Source: Balamuthia mandrillaris
Taxonomy: Eukaryota
Assembly: GCA_031835245.2 (NCBI GenBank)
Contig: JAVKOQ020000030.1
Location: forward strand, 248,001-312,000
DNA: 64,000 nt
Reading direction: 5' to 3'
Made by a program: the position numbers and the translations under genes. Every line of letters begins with the position of its first letter. Positions within the stretch are counted from its first letter, which is position 1. Below are positions 56,443-64,000 of this stretch, piece by piece. Under the pieces are notes generated by a model, which was not told the DNA's origin, ran no database searches, and saw only the letters and a list, made by a program, of their open reading frames with translations.

Positions 56443-59035
56443 ATGCTGTCCCTGAAAGCGCAGGGTCCCAAGGGACCTGTCCAATTGGACTACTCCAACG
56501 ACGCGGACGACCTGGAGAAGAAGTTATCCACGGCGGAGGCGGCGGTCAACCTGGTGCTCCCGCTCTGCTACCATTTCTTTGAGGACCTGAAGGCCTTTCG
56601 AGAGGAGCTGCAGAGCGTGGTGGACCTGCTGAAGAACGGGCGGCTGGCCTACCTGCCAAAGATCTCAGAGACAACGCTCCATCGCATAGACACGAATGCT
56701 CTCGGCCACCTCTTTGGCACTATGGTTTGATCGGATCCCCTTTTTTTCTTTTCTTCCATTCGTCGATGTGAAGCTTACTGTAAAAGAAAAAATACAGATA
56801 TTTTGTTATGAGGGCCTCAAAAAATATGAGAAAAAGGGGAAGAGCAGCATAGGAAAGAAGGTAACGTTCGTTCATTCATTCTCTTCTCTCGTTCCTATTC
56901 TCGCCCTTCTTTCGTTCTCTGTTTCTCCTTTCTTCATTCTTCTTTATCGGCTTCTAACTTGTATTCCATGTTTCTCTCGCTCTCGCTCTCGCTCTCTCGC
57001 TCACTCGCTCACTCGCTGTCTCACTTCGCTCAAACAAACAGCTAAAGAAAGAGATCGCAGCGTTGACCTTGCAAAAAGAAATCGAAGCCTTCGTCAAACT
57101 GTTGAGAGAGAGCCAAACGGATCCCTTTCACCTAGTGCGTGAAGGAGAGCTCAAGCAGCTCAAAGCTTTCATACTCAAAGCCGAGAACAAAGGCATCAGC
57201 ACAGGCTCTTCCGGCGTTTCGCAGATCATGTCTCAGGTTCAAGGACGGAGCAAACAAACGTTGTTGCATGTTGCTTGTGACCTCAGTCGCAGCAGCAATG
57301 CCAAAGCCAAGGCCAAACAGTTGGACATTGTCAAGTATTTGTTGAGCAAGAGTGACGCCAACGATGTGAATGCCATGGATGCTAATAATTGGACACGTAA
57401 TGTCTCTTTAGTTTCTGTTTTTTCATCTCTCTTGCTGCGCTTCTCTCTCACTCTCGCCCTCTCTCTACTGTTGGCGCTACTCCTATTTATCTGTTGCTTA
57501 TTTCTTCCGTTCTCTTTCTACTTCAGCACTACATGTGGCTTGTGAGACAGGAAATGTTCACTGCATATCACTCCTGTTGGAAAACAGGTTCTGTGATGCT
57601 TCTCTTCTCACAGTAGATGGTTCTTCTCCTATTCATTACTTTGTGCGGAAGACCGGCCAAAATGCTGAGTTTAAGAACTTGGACGACTCTGTTTATATTT
57701 CTCTGTTGGACAGATTGGTGGATAAAGGAGGCAACGCTCTAGCTGTCAATATGAACGGCGAAACAGGTATCTTTCCTCTTTTCCCGTTCTTTGTGCCTCC
57801 TCTCTTCTGCTTCCTTTCTAGTTTCTATCGTATTCTCACTTTGTTTATTGTGTTCTGTCCCCATCGCAGCGTTACACAAAGCGGCTAGCAAAGGAGCCTC
57901 TATGGTAGTCATTGAATGGTTGCTAAAGAGCGGCATTAACATAAACGCTTTGACCAAGTATGTACTCTCGTCTTGTTCTTCCAGTTCTTCCAGTTCTTCT
58001 AGTTCTTCTCCTTCTTCTTCTTTTTCTTTTCTTCTTCTTCTTCTTCTTCTTCTTCTTCTTCTTCTTCTTCTTCTTCTTCTTCTTCTTCTTCTTCTTCTTC
58101 GTCTTCTTCCTGTTTTCTTCTTGTTGTTCTGATATGAACTCTTTCCTTTGTTTTCCGACGAAAGATATGATGAAACGGCATTACATATGGCTGTAAGGGC
58201 TTCCGACGCAAACATGGTGCAAATACTATTAGAATTGGGAGCAGACAAGTCCGTAGGCGGCAAAAGCGGACAAACAGCATTAAGCGTGGCCTCCGAACAA
58301 ACCAAAATATCACGAGGAAGGGCGGACTCTCAACTTGTTCTCTCTTTACTAAGTGGAGAGAAGGCCATCTCTGATTCTGTCAGAGAAGCAGCACATGAAC
58401 GAAAGAAAATGGAAGAACAAGGAAGAAGGAGTACTGTCAGCGGCAATTCCTCTGCAAAAGGAAAGGCTTCTTTGTCGGCTTCAAAGAAGAAGAAGAAGAA
58501 AAGGTCTCCTTCTCCGCGCACGAAACAAGCGGGTGATGAGAAGATCAAGAAATTGTTGGAGGGACTTGGCTTGGAGAAGTATTACGACATGTTCATAGAA
58601 GAAGAATTCTTGTGGGAGGATTTGGAGGTGTCCACTGACGAAGGTGTGTAATTCCCATCGTCTTTTCATCGCTCCCTATTGTTCTCTTCCTTCCGTTCAT
58701 CGTACCCTTCATTGTTCTCCCTGTTGTTCTCTTCCTTCTATATCTTCTCTTTCCCTTCTAACTTTTGCTTGAACAGATTTGAAAGCATTGGGACTGAAAA
58801 AGGGACCAAGAATGCGGATCCTGCGCGCCTTGCAAGGCTCCGAAGATTTCGGTTTGTCTTCTTCTCCTTCTCCTTTCACCTTCTCTTTCCTCCTTCTCCT
58901 TCTTGTTCTCCTTTCTCCTTTCTCCTTTCTCCTTTCTCCTTTCTCCTTTCTCCTTTCTCCTTTCTCCTTCACTCACCATTCACCACCACAGATCAACAAT
59001 TGGATACCATTGTGTCCAGTTCCGATGAGCATTAA
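56443..59035 (+). CDS. Ankyrin-repeat protein with C-terminal SAM domain
   Basis: QTLLHVAC, WTPLHVACETGN, GETALHKAA, ETALHMAV, QTALSVA; SAM: LLEGLGLEKYYDMFIEEE...DLKALGLKKGPRMRILRAL. Confidence 0.85.
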
Positions 59036-59197
59036 CCCTTTTTTTTTGTTTTTTTTTTCTCTTATTTGCTGCACATTATTTTTTTCTGTTATTTTTTTTT
59101 TTGGGTTAAGTGTGCAGAATAGTTTTTTGTTGTTTTTCTGTATTGTTTTTGTTTAAACTACAAAAGAAAAAAAGTTTGTATGCTTTTTTTTCTCCTC

Positions 59198-61457
59198 TCA
59201 CAGTTGCCGTGTTGTTGTTGTTGAGTCGTTATTCATTGCTTGCAACTGACGATTAAACGAAAGAAAGAAAAAGAAGTTGAGATTAGTGATAAAGCCTGCT
59301 CCTGCCTGTTTGTGTGGTTTTTAAAAGTCATTTTCTGTTTCCAAAATAAAATGAAAAGCAAAGAAGGACAAAACCTGAATACTGTCCAAACGATGAAAGA
59401 GCTGAACGGTAGCTTGGCGCACAGCTGGAGAGGAATGAAACAGATTTACAGCGAGTGGGTTCAATCCGCCTTGTGACTCGGGCAACAAAGATAAAAACTG
59501 AGAGATAGCAAAATAACAAACAAGCTCAGCCGTATTGTTCTCAAAAAAAAAAGATAGCAACAGTACCTCGATCACCCGTTCTTTGGTGGTGATATGCTTT
59601 GTGAAGAGGTCATAAATCTCTATCATCTCGCTTTCGGTAATGTCGGTGCGAATGCGCAGCTTTCGAATGCAACGCTCCACCTTTGGCTCTTGAATGGCGC
59701 TCTGTTTGCGTTGTTGCTTGATGGCTTTTTTGTAGGTCTCAAAGCTGGATGTCTTCTTCCATGCTTCGATGCGCACGCGATTGGCGTCGTAGGCGATTTG
59801 CCGTTCTGCTACTGTACAAAACTCTTCTTGACCCAAAGCAATGTCAAGGATGTGTTTCACGTATTCCTGTATTTGGTTTTGTTGGTTAAAAGCGAGAAGA
59901 AGGGAAGAGAAACAACATGAGAACAGGAAGCCTTAAAAAAAAAGAAAGGAAATACTTGGAACAGATGTTTGATGTGTTCGTCGCTCATGTGATTGGTGAT
60001 GGCAGTAATGACCTTTAGGAAAAAGTCATTGTCGTGTTTTGTGTAGGGTTGTTTTTCAGCGGACATTGTCTGCGGATTGAGTATGATCTTGCCCGTCTCT
60101 ACATCGGCAAGCACATCCCACCAATCCACTTTTTCCTGTTTAGCGGAAATAAAAGAAGAGCATTTAATATGTACGAAATAACAAAACTGAAAAAAGGAAG
60201 AGGCGAGAGAGAGAACGTACTTCAAACAAGTTGTTTGCCACTCCAGCTATATACCCAGGCCTTCAAAAAAAAATCAGATATCAGCAAAGAGAGAACAAGA
60301 GAAGGAGAGAAGAGTGCGCACTTGTTCAAAAAGTCAAGTGAAGCGATATTGGTGTAAGGAAAGCTTCGTTGGATGATGCCAGTGAGAGGAGGGCACATCA
60401 TGCCAACAATCGCCAAAACGCAGTTGCAGATCTCGTCCGAAGTGATAATATCTTTACCTAGAAATAGGATTCGCTTTTCCATCAAAGCAGCATTCAACAG
60501 CGTCATGGTTCCGCCCTGGAACTTTTTCACCAACGGAATGACTTGAAACTATGTTCATTGATAAAGAGAGAAAGGAGAAAGCAAAAGCACAAACGTAAGT
60601 AAAACACTTGAGCAGAGGAAAGCAAAAGTAAAGAGCTAGGGGAGAAATTGCAGGAAAACTTACATCGCTAACTTCATCAGGGAAGACAGTAAGCGGGATT
60701 TTGATGGAAATAGGTGTGGTAAACCGAATCTTGGTTGAGAACTCGGTCTTGGCTTTATCTGGTGTTTGAGACATACGCAGCATCAACATCTGATGCATTG
60801 TGAGAGAAGGCATTTCCCTTAAATCTATTGAATTGATGGAATCGTAGAGTTGAGCCAATATATCTCTTTCTTTGCCTTGAGCTTTGAATATATTATCCAG
60901 AGCTAGCACTAATAATGGCTTTTATGTGTATGTTTAGTCAAAGAGAGGGGAAGGTAGAGAGAGAGAGAGAGAGAGAGAGAAGGAAAAAGAGCAGAACAGA
61001 AGAGCAGAAAGCGAAGAGTGTACAGAAGAACAAAATGAGAAAAATCAAACCTTAAATACATGAATAAAAGGATGAGGAGAACAAAGAGAAATAGCCTTGA
61101 CTACGGCCCCTCTCTTTACGCTGTCGTCTTTCAAGTTGGTTACTCGGTTCAGACAATACAGGAAGGGTCTTTGTTGTTCTGCTGAAACAGAAGAAGATAA
61201 ATCCTGATTTGTCTCTTTTGTGTCGTTGGCTCCTGCTGCTTTAACTGATGTATCTTTGCAATAAAAATAGCACATGAGAAACGAAAGAATGAATACAAGA
61301 ATGTTTTCACTTAAGTACACAAATACAACCAAAAAGAATTGTAGCTACCTGGAAAATTGCCATCGATGATGTCGTCAATATGTTTGGAGAAAGTTGCTTC
61401 CACTTCTTCTGAAGGAAATCTAAATCCTGTGATGATAGCGTTAATAAGAAACAGAAG

Positions 61458-61502
<45 letters not shown>

Positions 61503-61965
61503 GAGAAAGTACCTAAAGCAGCGCCCGTATCCAGCAACACACAGGAGAACATTGGCTCTAATTGGGTATAGTCTAAGTCCTCATGCTTATTTCTTTATTC
61601 ATACGTACAGAACAAAAATAATAGGGTCAAATGTGAGTTTCTGGAACAAAAGAGAGGATGAAGATAAAGCAAAGAGTAGAAAGGTGTACATTGCGTAAGT
61701 AGTTTCTCCGCTCATTTCATGTACTTCAACACAACCTGGCAACAAGTAGACGCTTTTCTTGCCCTTAAGACACCATCCTTTATTGTGTTGAGGCAACATC
61801 TAAGAAGAAGTAGAAGAAGGAGAAGCAGAAGAAGAACAACAAAAAGAAGCAGAAGAAAAAGAAGAAAACAGGAAGAAGAAGAAGAAGAACAAGAACAAGA
61901 ACAACAAGAACAAGAACAAGAACAACAAGAACAACAAGAACAAGAACAAGAACAACAAGAACAAG

Positions 61966-62044
<79 letters not shown>

Positions 62045-62841
62045 TAACAAAGACAAAAGGGAGCGCTGAAGGCGACGAAGAAGAAAAGACAAGCAATGAC
62101 CACAACAACTAGTTTGAGGTCGACAAACTAAGCAAAACAAAACGAACCTTCATCTTGTCCTTCAGCATATTCGTATAGAAAAGCTTCAAAAGGTGGACTT
62201 TATGCCCAGAAAAAAAGAGCGTTACACCACAAAAAATATCACAGAGAGAGAAGAGAGAAGAGAGAAGCGAAAGAGAGAGGAGACAGAGAGAGAGAAGAGT
62301 AAAGCAAAGTACCAAATGAGAGTATCGTTATAATTGTGTTGTTGTTGTTTCGAGGACGCAGCCGTCGGCGATGGATCCAGATGAGGCAACGACTCTTTCG
62401 GTCCTCCTTTCTGCATGCCCAACAAAAAGAAAGGGAGTGGAAAAGAAAAGAAAAGAAACCAAAATGAGATAACAGAGAGAAAGAAGAGAGCAAGCAAATC
62501 GTTACCACTTGTTCATCTCTATTCAAAAAGAAAATCGTCCAATCATCATCGCGTTTATGCAAACCGTCTGGCAACATCATTTCTGCCAAAAATCTTGCAA
62601 AAACAACGAATAAAAAAAAAATCAACCCATTTGGTAATAAGAAAAAACATGAGAGCGAGAGAGAGAGAGAAAAAAAAATCAAACGGTACTGTTCACAAGC
62701 GCTTCCGGCATTTGGGAATTCTTTGCAAGTGACGGGCTCAGGATACTGTTGCGAGATGCTGCTGCCGGTGGTGATGTCGAACTGGGCCAACACCAAAAAA
62801 TGGACGTGCCGCTGGTGGCTATTGTTGTGGGCCGTCGTCAT
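59198..62841 (-). CDS. Afi1/MesA-type DENN-like polarity protein (Afi1 N-terminal + SPA domains)
   Basis: HFLVLAQFDITTGS..QYP, LAEMMLPDGLHKR..DWTIFFL, KRGAVVKAISL, LLNAALMEKRILFLG, RSFPYTN, GYIAGV, WWDVLADVETGKI, GGLNPLAVNLFH. Confidence 0.88.
61800..62045. repeat. Compound (GAA)/(CAAGAA)/(CAA)n repeat inside an Afi1 intron
   Basis: Seen directly; lies between the donor near 62147 and the acceptor near 61780 on the minus strand. Confidence 0.9.
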
Positions 62842-63316
62842 CTCTGTTCGCAATCTTTCCGTCTTTCTTTTTCGTTTTTATTCTCCACAATTTGGACCTT
62901 ACGTCACACATTCCTTACATGGTTAAAAGTTACATAAGCAAAGTGAATGAATTCGAGCACGTCATACTTGCCTCTTATGGTTTGTAATGACATCACCCTC
63001 TACGAATCGAGACAGCACCGACATGACTCGCTGGAGGTGCAATTTTGTCTATACAAGGATCACGCTCGCTCATGGGAGTTGCAGTGGACATGTCGGCTGA
63101 CCATTCCTCTTCTTCCAAAGTTTGGGGAGATAGTTCCCTCAATCGACACAATTTGTCTTTTTTTGAGCATAATAAAAAAAAATAGAGAACAAAGAAAGCA
63201 AAACAAGAAGATAAGCAGAAGCAGCCAGAACCAACCACCCCCCGCTCCCACCTCCCCCCTCCCCCCCCAAAAAAAAAAAATAAGACGAGAGGGCGTAACT
63301 TTGGCACTCCCTTACC

Positions 63317-64000
63317 ATGGAGGACCCAACGCAAGAGCCTGAAAGCGAGAAACGCACGTTGCGGGCATCTGACCGCAGGGGAACCTATGAGTTCTACGAG
63401 AGAATGAGAAAAGGGGCGGCAAAGCTGAGAGACAGCAACGATGCCATTGCTGCCCCCGCCTCAACAACACAACCTCCCAAGAAGGAACTGGATCGCATGA
63501 AAGCAACAAAACCAAACGAACAACAACCAACCGCGGCAGAGGAAGACGATCTGTGTGAGCTGGTGACGGAGGGAGCTGAAAAGCTTCTGCTCCTGGTTCA
63601 CGATAAAAAATTCAAGAACAGCGAACCAGAGACCACAGCTGAAGGAGCAGGGGAGGAACAAATGGAGAGACTGCGAAGAACGGTCGCAGAGGAGTCTCGC
63701 TACGACTTGGCAAACAGAAGGGAAAGCTACCAAAGAAGCCAAACCTTTGGAACTAACATGAACCACTTCCTAAAGGAACAAGCCGTCAACGACCAAGTGC
63801 AACAGAGAGCCGAAACTTTTGGAGAAACAAGCAACGAGGCAAAGGCGAAACGGACGACGGCAAGAAAAGCCAAAAGGATAGAGAGAATGGTGGAGAGAAA
63901 AGGCAAAAGGAACTCCGTCTCGCTTCGGGCAGAACTAAGGAGCCGCAAAGAACAAAGGGCATCCAAAAACTACTCTTCAGCCGAGGTTGATGACTACGAA
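63317..64000 (+). CDS. Unknown protein, 5' part (ORF open to the window end)
   Basis: ATG at 63317 in ACCATGG context; 228 stop-free codons (MEDPTQEPESEKRTLRASDRRGTYEFYERMRKG...). Absent from the ORF track because it has no stop. Confidence 0.65.
   Translation, partial: MEDPTQEPESEKRTLRASDRRGTYEFYERMRKGAAKLRDSNDAIAAPASTTQPPKKELDRMKATKPNEQQPTAAEEDDLCELVTEGAEKLLLLVHDKKFKNSEPETTAEGAGEEQMERLRRTVAEESRYDLANRRESYQRSQTFGTNMNHFLKEQAVNDQVQQRAETFGETSNEAKAKRTTARKAKRIERMVERKGKRNSVSLRAELRSRKEQRASKNYSSAEVDDYE

Noticed and set aside
61712..62140. Poly-Q/C/V/L ORFs
   Set aside because: Intronic trinucleotide repeat of the Afi1 gene.
62960..63100. ATACTTGCCT...AATTTTG resembling the U1 snRNA 5' end and Sm site, with a CCGACATG/CATGTCGG inverted pair
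   Set aside because: Mismatch to ATACTTACCTG, spacing too short for U1, and the inverted pair is explained by the TGTCGG promoter motif.

Overview
Gene-dense, intron-rich eukaryotic nuclear DNA, probably an amoebozoan protist (inferred from the ComC-type surface proteins and CT-microsatellite introns; not verified). About 25 protein-coding genes can be reconstructed by splicing the ORF fragments by hand: a Tra2/SR45a-like RRM protein (partial), a base-exchange phosphatidylserine synthase, DUF4504/C1orf74, pantothenate synthetase, a charged single-helix protein, Rieske Fe-S protein, a C2H2/AT-hook protein, trimethyllysine dioxygenase, a giant degenerate acyl-CoA-synthetase-like protein, a small hydrophilic protein, a type-B carboxylesterase, bacterial-type GAPN, a peroxisomal SLC25A17/PXN carrier, PRA1, COG3, TTC13/SRFR1, a divergent profilin, HIG1/Rcf1, SCO1, an LCAT-like lipase, ELP6, two tandem type-I surface proteins, an ankyrin+SAM protein, Afi1/MesA, and an unknown ORF running off the end. 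No rRNA, tRNA, CRISPR array or transposon is supported. Main highlights: a tandem surface-protein pair with homogenised C-termini and diverged N-termini; a probable acyl-CoA synthetase pseudoenzyme; an EVH1/WH1-like insert in Afi1; an ATG-only exon plus 8-nt microexon; two GC-AG introns; an unusual intron 3' architecture; and a recurrent TGTCGAC promoter motif. All family calls are from recalled motifs, not from database searches.
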